In this document: piece after piece, positions 10,690-23,400 of the stretch
Layout: each line of letters starts with the position of its first letter
How positions within the stretch are numbered: the stretch's first letter is position 1
NCBI GenBank assembly: GCA_048128005.1
Contig: JBEUKZ010000082.1
Coordinates: 124,001 to 169,435 of the forward strand
Direction: 5' to 3'
Length of the DNA stretch: 45,435 bases
DNA from: Veleropilina oligotropha
Lineage: Eukaryota
The notes under the pieces: model-generated
Seen by the model: the letters and a program-made list of their open reading frames with translations, nothing else
Told to the model about the DNA's origin: nothing
The model's database searches: none
Position numbers and translations under genes: made by a program

Positions 10690-13400
10690 CTAGGTGATGA
10701 TGAAAGCTCACACAGAAATCGTACAGATCATCGATTCAGAGCAAGTGGGAGAGAAAATGGATCGTTTCATCTGTCAGGGCAATGTTGGACCAAACGCAAT
10801 CATTATGCAACCATATATGCTGAATACCATGAATCTGATAAAGTTCATCCGTGCAGTCAGAACAGACAAATTCGGGGTACACATCACAGCCTTAGAATCA
10901 TTCACGAAGCATTTTATGTGTACATGACAAACTAGTCTATGCCCTAATGATTCCTCTATATTAGGCCGAAAAGATATATATCAGGAATTTGAGAATGGGG
11001 AAAGAGTTGTGATCAGGATCCTTCAAGTACTATCATGTGAATTTGGAGCTGATAACGCCGGAGGTGTTATTGGTATCAGACTGAACAACAGTGCCAGAAC
11101 AATTGTTTTCGTTATCGCCTCATCCTGCTGAATGGCTGCCATGAGACCATATATGCTCTCACATGCATTAACCCCCTCATGGCAATGACACAAAACTTTA
11201 CAAATCCATTCCAGGATCATAATATGAATCTTATAAAATTGATGGCAAAGGGTGTTGCAAACTGCGTAAAACGACAACAGTTAATTTATGGGAAACGTCT
11301 GAAAGTGACCAGAAACGGCAAAATAGTCGATCTCTAGGGTCACAAAGCCTCGATGCTCGCATGCTGCTGAAATCATAGCAAAGTGTGAACTTTCATATAT
11401 ATCCCAATACCGTTGTTCACTACCGATGGAACAATGCTGCACTGCAAAAATAAGAGTAGGCCTAGTTTGTTGATGATCATTTTAGAGATATGCTGCCATC
11501 AAGGCGGTACTAAGACAGTGCATTTTGGTAATACCCATCCGTCATGGAAATGGTATCATTGAATCTAGCCAAGCCTGATCGTATCAAGAACTGCAAAGAA
11601 TTAGCTGACCGTTTCGTTTCGCGGATCTTGCAGAAATACAGAAAATTGGATGAAATTCATGCACTTGGTATTTATCGCTATGATGCTCCTTCCACATTAC
11701 TGATATTAAAAATGAAGATGGAACTTACTGGTAGCTTGCTGAAGAGACGTTGGAAAAAGCAAATGCCATTAGGCAACACATGGTCGTTGCAAGAGGAGGA
11801 GGAGGAATGATGCTTAATGTCCTGTATATTTACAACATCGAGGTTCAAGGCAGGACATGTCCGTGTTATCGCGGGAGGAAACCCCGGTCGCCCAGGTAAA
11901 CCCGCCCTCTTCGGCCAGTCACGGACAACTGTGATTCATAACTTGAACAAATGGCAATGCCTCAGCTAGGTATTGAACCCACTACTGTTCGCATTAGCGG
12001 AATCAAGCCAGTGAATTTAGAGTGGACACTCTACCCACCACTACACTGCCGAAGCGGCCCTCGTTGCAAGAGCAATCTGTTTTTGCAAATATGGCACACC
12101 TTCAAGGTAATTGATAGGCAGTTGATACCAAGCTCATGCTGCACGTTTATTGACATATTGACAGTTAATGCAACTAATTGTTGCTCTTCAAGCATTGCCA
12201 TCCGTTCCCTAGACATAGACATTTTCTTCATGGCCGTCCGACGCTTTCCAGACTTGTGCAAGAGCACAACTAGTGTTACAGGGATAGGACAGACGATACC
12301 CATTATTCCACTCCAACTGATATTCAGACCATTATGACCAAACCGTGCGGCTGCATATCCGGGCTGCATGCTCTGAGTGGAAAATGCAATACAATGATGT
12401 TCTCGCGATTAATCCGCCGCAAAAACTACGACGTCACTCGAGGTTTCCGATGTGCCAGAATCTACACAATAACTGATAACATTTTTATTACATGCCACAA
12501 CAAGTTTCTTATTAAATTGAATCGAAAGATTATGGTAATTTTAGTCACGAATCTGTAAGGGAGGGTGAAATAGTATAGGACTATATTGGAAGTAGTTCCT
12601 ACGATTTGCCAGCCAGACGTTTTCCTGTGAATATATAAGCAGGAGACGTTTTCTGAATCGATATCAGCTGTGTCCGTGATACAGGGTCTCGGAAAACTGC
12701 GCGAGAATAGGCGTCAGAAAACGACTGGCATTTATAAATGAAAATTCTCCGAAAACAGAAAATAGATTTCTGGAAGGCGTTTCAAGCAGCAGCGATGAAG
12801 TATCACTGAAATTGGAACAGCACCAAACTTGAGTTGTGACACACTGAACTCAATCGGTGTATGCACCACGTATACATATCACAACGATAGACAAGCTCGG
12901 ATTGTGGATGTTTTCCAAGATTATATTGGATTGATGCCTAATACCCTGTAAATTTGCAACCTATAAGAGGCAGGATATGTCCATATTATCGCGGGAGGAA
13001 AGTAAGATCGCTCGTACAACTGCGATTGATAACTGAAAAAGAATCATTGCCAATTTGAGAAACTTTCCCCACGTGATGCCCTTGAACAAGCCATCAGTCG
13101 TGCCTTCTTTCAAGCCATTGTGTGGTTAAAATACGGCTGGATACTTGAGAAAGGGAAATGGGTTCATGTCATAACCACTCAACTCCAAGCACCCAAGTCT
13201 GTCAAATGCACTTTTTCTATCAAAAAGGTGTCAAACGGCATGGTGCAAAATAATAAAAACAGGAATTAACTGCACCGACAGTTGCGAGTGTTCAAGTCTG
13301 AACGACCTGTCCCAAACAAACCTAGATGACGAGGACGAAGTGCCAAATGAAGACGATGATTTTGATGACGGTAGTGAGCTCTTTATATCAGATGTCAATG
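10690..13400 (+). pseudogene. Academ-like (transposase + XPG-like + Cys-rich) DNA transposon relic, interrupted by SINEs
   Basis: Collinear remnants: KFIRAVRT (~10845), LFTTDGTMLHCKNKS (~11415), IRSLDIDIF (~12200), GLHALSG (12361), PTRDALEQ / RAFFQAIVW (~13070-13125), CTDSCEC (~13270), then an acidic tail. Confidence 0.7.
11808..12060 (-). mobile_element. tRNA-derived SINE (family also at ~12965 fragment, 30270, 39035, 39533, 43200)
   Basis: Minus strand has B-box-like GGTTCAATACC and a central GGGTTTACCTGGGCGACCGGGGTTTCCTCCC block; several homologous copies in the window. Confidence 0.85.
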
Positions 13401-13429
13401 CCTGTACGACAATCGAACAATTGTTGGTT

Positions 13430-16110
13430 TAAACATATTTTATTTGTAGAATTGCTCATGGTATAAATACAAACAGATAGATATACAACAATTGGGTAGC
13501 AGGCTACTGCCTATTTGGATCCTTTTGCTGTCTATTGTACATGAAATAGCTGATGATCATCGAACGGAAGTTAAGAAAGTACATGCATTTATATTTACGC
13601 ATATAACAATTGAGTACAATATGAACACAATGATATAGCTATGTAGATCGTATATTATAAACTATGAGGCAAAGCGTTGTGTATGTTTTATGTATATTTG
13701 AACTTGTTTGAAAATGTCTTTGTTGGTGACTTCACTGTAGGATTGATTTCCGAATAGGAGTTTATATGGTTTGGATGCCGATTTGTCTGAAACGAATATT
13801 ACGTTGTTCAGTGTAATTGGTGCATTTAAGTAGGAAGTGTTCCGCATTTTCGCTTGGATGTCCACATGAGCAGGCTGAACTTGCAACAATACTTAGTCTA
13901 TATAGGTTAGCGTTAAGAAGGCTACAATTTCTCCTTAGTCGTGTGTGAATAATTGCCAATTTTCGATCTATAGCTCATAATTAGTATGAACAGGAAGCTC
14001 AATGGTGATAGTGATTTTTGATTTGAACAAGAAAATACTTGATGAGTTTCTAACACTGGGCTCAAGATTATTCCAGTCATTAATAGTTCTTGTAAAAAAT
14101 GATTTCTTATATGATTCTGTTCGCGTTAATGGAGCAGTTAACATATCGCTGTTCCTGATGTTGTGTTGATTTCGGTCACCACGACTTAGGGAAAGTAATA
14201 TTCGGAGAAAGGACGGTGTCCTGTTATTAATAATTTTATACATCATTATTAGTCGTTTATTGAGTCTTCTCAATTTTAATGGTGTAATACCAGTCTCGAG
14301 GTATAAACAATCACGATGGCACCATTGGGGTAGTCCTGCTATGATTCTGAGGCAGTCACATTGGAGTTTTTCTAGTGACTCTGATTCGTATTCGTAACAG
14401 TTGTCCCAGATAGTGGCTCCACCCTCGATTATTGGTCTAATAAATGTTGAATAAATTTGTTTTAGTGTTTCCCTACTGAGATTGTATTTGTTTAGTCTAA
14501 GTATCCAAATTCGGCTTACAACTTTTTTCTTAACGTATGAGTGATGATCAGTCCATTTTGCTTTGCTATTGAATACAAGTCAGAGATGTTTGTGAGTTTG
14601 GACAACTGGAATTGGAATATTGTTCATATAAAGTTTAGGCTCTGCATGATCGCGACCTCTAGATATGCGTAAACATTCTGTTTTTTCAGGGTTAATTTTA
14701 ACGTGCCATATTCGTGACCATTTATAAAGTTTTTCGATTTCGGTATTCATGTAATCTGATGTCTTCGTTGTGTCTGTGAGAAGTAAACATAGACGTGTCA
14801 TCGGCGAATAGGCGCATTTCGGGGCCTATGTTGTGGACAATATCATTGATAAATACTAAGAAAAGTAAAGGTCCAAGTATAGATCCCTGTGGTACACCAG
14901 CTGTTGTGTTTTGCCATGTTGGCAGGTGACCATTACACAGTACTCTTTGACAGCGATTTGTTGTCATGAAATGCCAAATGACTCGAGTTTAATCAGAAGT
15001 CCCCTATGCCACACTCTATCGAACGCCTTAGAGACGTCACAGAAGACAAAAGTCAAAGATTAACTTTTATCCAGTTCGCTTAAAATGGTATTATAAATTT
15101 CCAATAACTGGATTTCCGTAGAGTAATTTGGAAGAAAACCAGCCTGGTAGAGATGTAATACATTGGCTGCTTTAATATGGGCGAAAACATACCTGTAAAC
15201 TACCTTCTCGAATTTTTTACCAAGATTACTCGTAAGGTATATGGGTCAGAAGTCATTAGGAACGTTATCTACAGATTTTTTGGCAACAGAAATCACAATT
15301 GATTTTTTCCATGATAGTGGAAATTCGGAATTGTCTAAACATTTTTTAAATAATGTTTGCAGTGGTACTGATATAGCATGGACAATTTTCTTTAACATAT
15401 TCGTACTAATATTGTCTGAGCCAGATGCTTTATTGAGCTTTAGTGTCAGAACGCTATCCTTTATGTCTTGTTCTGTAATGTTTATGTTACTTAGAATGAA
15501 ATTAGTTATAGGTGTTGTACGGGTGGAACATCGTCGTTGTCTTCATCGATCGTTGACTTTGATACAAAATAAGTATTCAGAACTTCAGCCTTAACCCTAT
15601 CATTAATTATGCAAGATGTATTTCCATTTTGTATAATTTTTAGCCAGGTATGGAATTCCGTGTTTTTACATTATTTGTCGTTTTGAACAGATCCCACCAC
15701 GCCTTACCCCGCAGGTCAATACTGCTTAATTTGGAGTGCAATTTCTTGTCATATACTTGTTTTGCGTGACGGACAGAAGCAATAACTTGTTTTTTTATGC
15801 GTCTATATTTTGCCCAGGATGTTTGATTATTGTTATGCTTAGCTCTTGTATGTATACGATTTATCATACGGTTTCCTATACGCAGCCAGTCATCCGTTGT
15901 TGGTCCCGTGGCCTTATGACAACTTCTTTTGAAGGTATAAACAATTTACTTGCGTAATTCAGAATGTTCTCAAGAGTGTGGCACATTTCATCGACATCAT
16001 CGGCTGAGTCAAATGTAGCATCCCAGTCCACTTGATTAATTCGGTCACTGATTTCTTGATAATTTCCCAAATCGTACCTCCAGATAATCCGTTGCCTGGG
16101 AGTTGCTAGA
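13430..16110 (-). mobile_element. Decayed CR1/L2-group LINE (RT and C-terminal Cys/His motif), 5'-truncated
   Basis: AGVPQGSILGPLLFLVFINDI, LFADDT, SFFTRTINDWNNL, CSCGHPSENAEHFLLKC in several frames; AATAAAATATGTTT at the 3' end. Confidence 0.88.
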
Positions 16111-16559
16111 GAACACTTGTTTCATCAAAAGCATCCAAAACCGCAGATAATTCAATAAATGGCTTAATTAGCTTCAATATGTACGTGTCGTTTTTCATGT
16201 TATTGATACACGTATATATATATTATGACTTAAATGAATTGATATTGAATTTTATTCCACATAATCAGCTACGATTAAAGTTTATAAATGTTCAATACCA
16301 TAATATATAATTATCTTGATTTAATACTCAAAAATCAAATGCCATCTTCCTCACGCATGTATATGGCCGCGACTGACCTGTGTTGTCATAAACATACCCC
16401 CAATTTGACAAATGACTGAAAATAACACTTTTTACGATGTGTTTTATAAATTAAGAGGGTAGGGTAATATTTTAGCATAAATGCTGTTGCATTATCAAGC
16501 AACTGTAGGTGTCATCAGGGGACTAGTCGCAATGGATTCCGTAAATGGCAATAGGGCAT

Positions 16560-17430
16560 ATACCAATATCGATTTAAATTTTATGGCAAAAATTAATACC
16601 GTACGACTTGTAAAGTTTTCAGACAGTCCTGAAACGCATGGAAAACCATTAAGAGGCGACCAGTGTTTGACAGTGTCAAGCAAAAGTTTTTCATACATAT
16701 CTTAAACGTATGGAAAGCCAAGATGGGGTCAGTATATATTGGCAGTGTGTCTGATGGTGGGGGCGGGTCTTCGACTGATGTATGCCGAAGGCCCATTCTG
16801 GATATCCGTTGGCCCGAAGTGCACTCCAAATGTGTTAGCGTTCGCTGCGTTTGTTCAGTATTGTTGCGTTGTTGTTGTCCCCTCTGCTTATAAGAGTGTT
16901 CTGATGACATATTGTTTGTGTTCTAGCAGATAGTGAAACAGTAATCGCATCCATTTGGCTGTGTATGTAGATTCATGGTGTCCTGTGCACTTTGTTCCTC
17001 CGTCGTTGAGAATATTGTTGCAGAAGTTGGGACATAAAACCTTGTTGTTGATCCCTGGTTCACATATGAAGCGGATATTTGGACAGATGTCATTGACGTT
17101 GGTCGAAAACATGTCTACGATTGATTGGTGTAGCTTAACAAATATACCATCCACATAAGGCTATGTGCTCGACATGTTCCATGTAAATGTAACTTACGCA
17201 CAAGATGTGACTCTAAGGAACTCATTGCTCACCTTGCGTCTGTTGGTAGACAATCATATATGAAATATATGGTGTCCAGGCAAAGCTCCAGTAATGGTAT
17301 GATCTGTGGAACCGTAAGAGGACATCGCGATTATGCAAAAAACTTCTGGTGTATGATGTCGAGAACTGTGTCGACGAGGACATTGGTGAAAAAGGCTAAC
17401 ACATCGCCTGGAAAACGATACTACTAGCTG
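16560..17430 (-). pseudogene. Penelope-like element RT relic
   Basis: DVLAFFTNVLVDTVLDI, ELCLDTIYF, YQQTQG, YVDGIFV, ICPNIRF...HYLLEHKQYVIRTL, PCVSGLSENF follow the PLE RT motif order (FDVVSLFTNVP / YVDD / HPxxHKxxVIRTL / PYVxGLSE). Confidence 0.75.
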
Positions 17431-18442
17431 GGTAGTTGAAACACCATAAAGCTATCATTTTTTTTTTAAATTCCTAATGTAGCGGGGTCGTTTTACATCA
17501 ATAAAATACTCCTCTGGTATTCAACAGGTTTATTGATTTCCAACTGCAATAGATATCAATAAGTCATTGAGTTACTTTGCTATTAGTTGAATCATATAAA
17601 GCTCACAATCAAATTATATTATAACTACAAAGTTATAATCAAAGGTATTGTGAATATTAAGGTAATTATATATGAAAAGTTACAATAAATAATATATATA
17701 TATACAACACATAATCATAAAGATGCGTCTCTAGGAGACAGAAGTATATGTATTACAAACCTGCAATAGACATCAATAAGTCATTGAGTTACTTTGCTAG
17801 TAACTAACGCATCTCAATTCTTACAGGTATTTATACTCAGGGTGAGTAGCACTCACCCTTGACAGGCATGTACACTGTGGTTTACGACAAATCCGCGGGT
17901 GCGAGGGTCATTGAAGCGCAACAATACGACATGAAAATACAATTGCAAGTGAAATAGGCCTAGCATCGTTAACTAGAGCAAGGAATTTTTTTAAAATATC
18001 TTAATTGTTTACATTTTCTAGCCGGTGGGGCCACACTCCATGCGGACAGTTCATAACAAATTACGCAGGTTGGACCCTTCCACTTTTCAACATGACACAT
18101 GCTTTAGGAGTGGGTCATGAGAAAAAAGTGGCTGCGGAGGATGTCATGAAAAAACTACACGCCGTTTCGTAATACCTATACAGTCTGGTGAAAATGGTTC
18201 ATAAATGTTGGAAAGACAGATTATGTTTGCTCTGTCAGAATGCAGGAGAAGTGGTTTTACGCTGTTAATTGGTGAGCATTTCATAGCAAAAATTGTAAAG
18301 GTTGGAACCTAACTCTTTTTAAAATTACACAGGTTTTGAGGTGGGTCATGAAAAAGACAGTGTTTGGATGTGTGTCATGAAAAAATGAATGCAGGAGAAG
18401 TGGTTTTACGCTGTTAATTGGTGAGCATTTCGCTGTTTGATA

Positions 18443-18970
18443 GCTGGTATGCTCTAGTATGCTTTAGTATGATCTAGTATGCTAACCCTAACCCTAACTC
18501 TAGTTGGTATGCGGGTGTGCTCTAGTATACTTTAGTATGATCTAGTATGCTAACCCTAACCCTAGTTGGTATGCTGGTATGCTCTAGTATGCTAGTATGC
18601 TCTAGTATGCTTTAGTATGCTAACCCTAACCCCCTGATTTGCTGGTATGGTCTACTATGCTATAGTATGCTTTAGTATGCTAACTCTAACCCTAGTTGAT
18701 ATGCTTTAGTATGCGAACCCTAACCCTCTGATATGCAACTATGCTCTAGTATGCTTTAGTATGTTAACCTTAACCCTAGTTGGTATGCTTTAGTATGCTA
18801 AACCTAACCCTCTGATATGCTGGCATTATCTAGTATGCTTTAGTATGCTAACTCTAACCCATGCTCTAGTATGCTAACACTAACCCTAACCCTCTGATAT
18901 TCTAGTATGATAGTTTGTATGATAGTATGCTAACCGTAACCCTAGCTAGTATGATTGCATGATAGTATGT
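18443..18970. repeat. Degenerate compound satellite of TAACCC (telomere-type) doublets interleaved with CTAGTATG/TTTAGTATG/CTGGTATG
   Basis: Seen directly, e.g. GCTAACCCTAACCCTAACTCTAGTTGGTATG at 18481. Confidence 0.9.
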
Positions 18971-19677
18971 TCCGTATATCACCTGGGATACCTATCTGTG
19001 TGTATGTGTTATTTTCACCTATCCCCCTATCCCGAGGAATACCCAATCAGTGATTTCACATTGACAGTGTCTGTGCAATGGGGTGCCCATATCTATATAC
19101 GTTCAACCCCCCTATATTAATCAGCCCGCACTAGTTTTGAATTGGCCGAAGCTGTTTTCACAGAATTATCATGGTAAAGTCATATATGTAGTGCATTTAT
19201 TGTATTATTCACAATTCTGATACTGTCATTATGACCAAAACTCTTATAAAGGCATCTGCTAGAAGTAATCCAGTGCAAGTTATTTACCGCTATCATTATT
19301 ATATATATTGTAATGTCAAACAGTTAGAATCTGATGTATTATTATGATATATGATGGTTTTAATATAGAGAAAAATTAGAATCAGAATTTATGAACATTA
19401 TAAAAGATTGAAATATTTACCGACAATCTAGTTATGTACACGCCGTATTCTGTTCATTAGCAGCAGGGGGGATGAGCAGACTCTAAATGGAGCAGGTTTT
19501 CCAGCATAAAAACAGCAGCAGCAGCAGGGGGGGTGATTGGACTTTTTAGAATGGGAGAAGAAGGCTCCCATCGCCATCCGAAACTCGGGTAGCTTAGAAT
19601 AGTCTATTTGGGCCCCCGGGCAATCGGTGCGAAATAACTGGTATGTTAGACGGTGTGTAGTTATACTTGAAAGCAAC

Positions 19678-19956
19678 ATGTCGCAGCCCCCCAAGATACC
19701 GCGAGAGCGAGATCAAGATGACAACTCTGGAAATGGACCAGCCGATAGAGACGATAGAGAGGGTGACCTGGAAGACGTTCCTACACTGCACGGCGAAGGG
19801 AGCTCCAGGCGCGTTAGAAACCTCCTAAACACAGGCTACGACGTTTTGATTGTCGAACTCGACGACGGTGACCAGGCGGTCTTTAAGAAGAAGACCAAAG
19901 ACGGTAACAAGGGAGTTTTACACAATCACTGTCGTCCAAAGGCGGACCCTCTGTGA
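19678..19956 (+). CDS. Small hypothetical viral protein (frame uncertain; alternative start 19718)
   Basis: ATG in AGCAAC|ATG context shared with the 20411 start; 5' part homologous to 26592-26700 on the minus strand. Confidence 0.4.
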   Translation: MSQPPKIPRERDQDDNSGNGPADRDDREGDLEDVPTLHGEGSSRRVRNLLNTGYDVLIVELDDGDQAVFKKKTKDGNKGVLHNHCRPKADPL

Positions 19957-20087
19957 TGTCCGTTGGCCACGCCCGTTTGAACCGTGCTGGTAGTAAGAGC
20001 CCGTAGGGACGGCCCGTTACCCTCGCCGGCCCGCGCTCTCTTTTAGACATACCCATTGCGATGGGTATACCCAATGCAAAGGATACG

Positions 20088-20363
20088 ATGAAGGGCACGG
20101 ACACCTGTCAATGGCTTACCATCAGCTCCACGGAGTTATGCGGTAAAAGTTGTCTGAGAGAGTTTTGCAAAGTCCACCTCGCTCGGCAACGGCGAAATGG
20201 CCGGGGCACAAAGCCCTGCATCAAATGCGGCAAGGGCGTTTTCAACCGGCTTACGTTGTGTAAGGGCTGTGGGTATAAACTTGAGGACGTTAAGGACTGG
20301 CAACGAAAGAAAAGAGCCTTCCAGAGAGAGTTTCTCCGCATGGCTGCAATTTACCACACGTAA
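20088..20363 (+). CDS. Small Cys/His-rich putative zinc-binding viral protein
   Basis: CQW-x8-CGKSC-x4-CKVH and CIKC-x10-CKGC within ~90 aa; basic; immediately upstream of the polymerase. Confidence 0.7.
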   Translation: MKGTDTCQWLTISSTELCGKSCLREFCKVHLARQRRNGRGTKPCIKCGKGVFNRLTLCKGCGYKLEDVKDWQRKKRAFQREFLRMAAIYHT

Positions 20364-20410
20364 ATTTCCTATTAGAGGAATGCTGGCGTAGTGTATATCC
20401 ATCCAGCAAC

Positions 20411-23400
20411 ATGGCCACTATGGATGACTACATAGACCAACTGCTCGCAGACATGCAGGCATCTGAAACTCTCCGGGACGTGGTTCAGAACATTCTAGAT
20501 GAACCTATCCCAGAAGAAGTGAAAGAGCGGCTGTTGAAGCCTCTGGTCCCACGCGCTGCGATTAAAACCCCTCCACAGCGGCAGCACCAAACGGAGAGAA
20601 AACGGAAGGCCGTTGTTGAGGAATTTGACCCAATTCCCCTCTCCAAAATCCCCCGGACAGCCCAGGACTACCAGAAGGATCTTCTAGGGCTGTTTACCAC
20701 AACAGAGGGGCAACAATTCATCGACCTGGATGACAAGGCCCCTCCCCCAGTAAGGCTCCCAGCAGACGAGCCATGGGTGGAACTCTTGAACGACGCCAAA
20801 GACGAGTTTGAGGTCGATGGCGCCGCGGCGGCCTTCTCCACATGGAGGGTAGAAGTAGAGAACATCGGCGACATTAAGATCGCACACGGTATCAAAGCGA
20901 GGGCTGGCCGGCTGGCCCTGGATGCCCGTATGACAGATGCGAGGGCGGTACAGCTCCTCACAGCCCTTCCAAAAGGCGAGTTTGTCCTGAGAATAAAGTT
21001 CTTGCGTGAGTGGCATGAAGGCGACTGGGTGGTCGAAGACAAGTTTGACCCGGTGAAAGCTGCGAGAAAGAAGGGCCAGGGTGTCTTTGAGATATCCCAT
21101 GACACTAAGCCAGGTGCTATCACTGGGGTCGACAAAGTCTACTACGAGAACGCCTACCCGGTCACTGCAGTCGTCTACGGCCTCTACCCTCTCAGAGAAC
21201 CAAACCCCGCCAACCTGGTTCCAATGAAGAATGGCGATCTCAACTGCGTTGCCCAGAGAGTGGTTGAGCACTTCGAAGGTGCCCTGAGAGGAAACGGACT
21301 AACTCCAACAAGGCGGCAGAAAATACAGGAGTGGGAGGCACGAGTTCATGAAACAGGAGCTTCTGTCGACGATGTGGCTGACCTTGAGAGGATCCTCAAA
21401 CGGGCGATGATCTTGAGAGACATTGCTGGCGAGAGCATCTACAACAGTGGGAAATACCAGGGCTCCCGGTATAGACCAGTAGAACTCATCTGTCACAACG
21501 GCCACGCCTGGCCGCGAGGTCCACCTGTATGAGGGCGATATCTGGGAAGCTATCCGACAAGCCACACAGAATGAGCCATTAGCTGTCTGGCTCCTTGGCG
21601 GTACAGACCGACAGCTCAACGTGGACCAGTTCGTGCTGCAAGACGGCCGCACTTACAGGACGAGAGAGACTCACACCGCTCTTCAGGAAGCCTGTAAGGC
21701 TCTGGGGAATGAGTCTCTTGCCAATCGAGTCTTTGGCGAGAACCATGCAGCTAGCACTATAGCCGTTGAGAACAACGGCTGGAAACCTACCCCAGCTGGT
21801 CTGCTCGATGACATCCAGAAGGCCTGCGTCGAGCATGGTCACGGTGGCCTTTGAAACTCATCGAGCTATGATACGAGAGACATCGTCTGCATCGATATGA
21901 AATCCTGCTACCCTGCCAGCTTTCAGGGGAAGGGCGAGGCTAAGCCATATTTCGAAAGATTCGGACACCCAACCCACCGCATGACTCGGGTCGCAATTAA
22001 CGGTCCTCTGCCCCAAGAAATCGGTGCTGGCTTTGCCGAGGTCGTGGAATGGGAGTTTGCACAAGCAATCCCCCCACCATCCCCGCCTGGTTTGGAAAGC
22101 ACTTTGCAGAGAGTAGTTGGGCACCAACCCCTCTCCTCGCCTTCCTCATATAATCTGGACTGCTAAAAAGCCTCAAGATCCGAGAAGCCATCATCGCATT
22201 CAAAAAGCAGACCGAGGTCTGGCTTCCTGAGAATCGTGACCAGGGCTGCAGCATCATCGGCAAATTTACTCAGGGCAGCAAAGCTGATGGCAAAAGGTTG
22301 ACACGAAGGCTCGTGATTGACCAGGGAGAGCTTGACTTCATGGTAAGAGACACCCGCCAAAGCGGTACCCTGGTCGGCGCACCTCAAAGGTGCCCTATGG
22401 GGCACATCCTCACGTACTATGATGGCTCACAGCCACAGTACACCCACCTGAGGGCATCGATGCTGGCCTATGCCCACATAAACCTCCTCTCAATGCTTCA
22501 GCGTTTCACCCCTGAGGAAGCTGTCCGGGTAGCCACTGACAGCATCTACCTTAAGAAGGCCTCGTTGGAGAAGCTCGACGATGTCAAGGCGTACGTTGCC
22601 CCCCAACTCTGCGACTGTGGCGAGAAATCGTGCATCTCCTGTCTGATCGGGGAGACGTACCTTCCGCCAGTAGCACCGGCCCAGTGGCGTGACAAGGGCG
22701 AACAGCTGTATATGCCACAGGAACATGCCGCATACCTGCCCAAGCCAGAGTATTGTTGTGCCGCCAATTCCAGCCAGCCAAGCACCGCGCCATGCTACAA
22801 CGACACACTGACCCACCATCGCCTGAGTTACCTCAACGGTGGAGGGGGCTGTGGCAAGACTACGAGGGCGATCGAGCTCTTTCGGGCAAGAAATCCCATC
22901 GTGTTCACGCCAACCCACCGCCTCGCTAAAGAAATGCGGACCAGGGGTGTTAAAGCCCAGACCTACCACAGCTTCTTCCGATGGAGCAGCCAGAACGACT
23001 GGACGCAAGATCGCATGGGTCAGAAGTTCATCCCCCGCGTCATTATCTGGGACGAGATCTGTACTGTTCCCAGGCACATCCTCGAGATGTTCTTGGACTG
23101 GCTGGTCCACCACGAAGTTCAGGTTATCTGCTGTGGGGACCAGGGCCAGCCACCACCGATTACGGGGGAGATGCCGCACGAGTGGCTGCGAAGGACCGCG
23201 GACTACTATGAAGAGGTCGAAGTAGACTACAGGGTGAAAGACGACCCCGCCCTCCAAGCCCTGAAAAGACGTATCCGCCTCCAGCCCGACAAAGTCCAGT
23301 GCCAGGAAATGCGTAAGACTCTCCCCAGCTGCCTTGGATGGGACCGGTTTGTCCAAACCTGGAAGCCAGGTGACCTAATCCTCACCAGCCGTGAGAAGGT

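Noticed and set aside
17543..18432. Short local duplications (17543/17760; 18238/18387) and GGGTCATGA repeats
   Set aside because: Probably fragments of old MITEs; no ends or coding signal to support a call.
18443..18970. True telomere or chromosome-fusion scar
   Set aside because: TAACCC never exceeds 2-3 consecutive units and is embedded in another motif; no head-to-head arrangement.
18970..19600. Polinton terminal inverted repeat / target-site duplication
   Set aside because: No AGTAGT-type terminus is recognisable and the right end is deleted, so no pair can be tested.
22490..23356. 288-aa antisense ORF and other long shadow ORFs in the viral island (20684-21271, 26091-26852, 26812-27252)
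   Set aside because: They lie opposite motif-bearing genes in GC-rich DNA and have no recognisable motifs.
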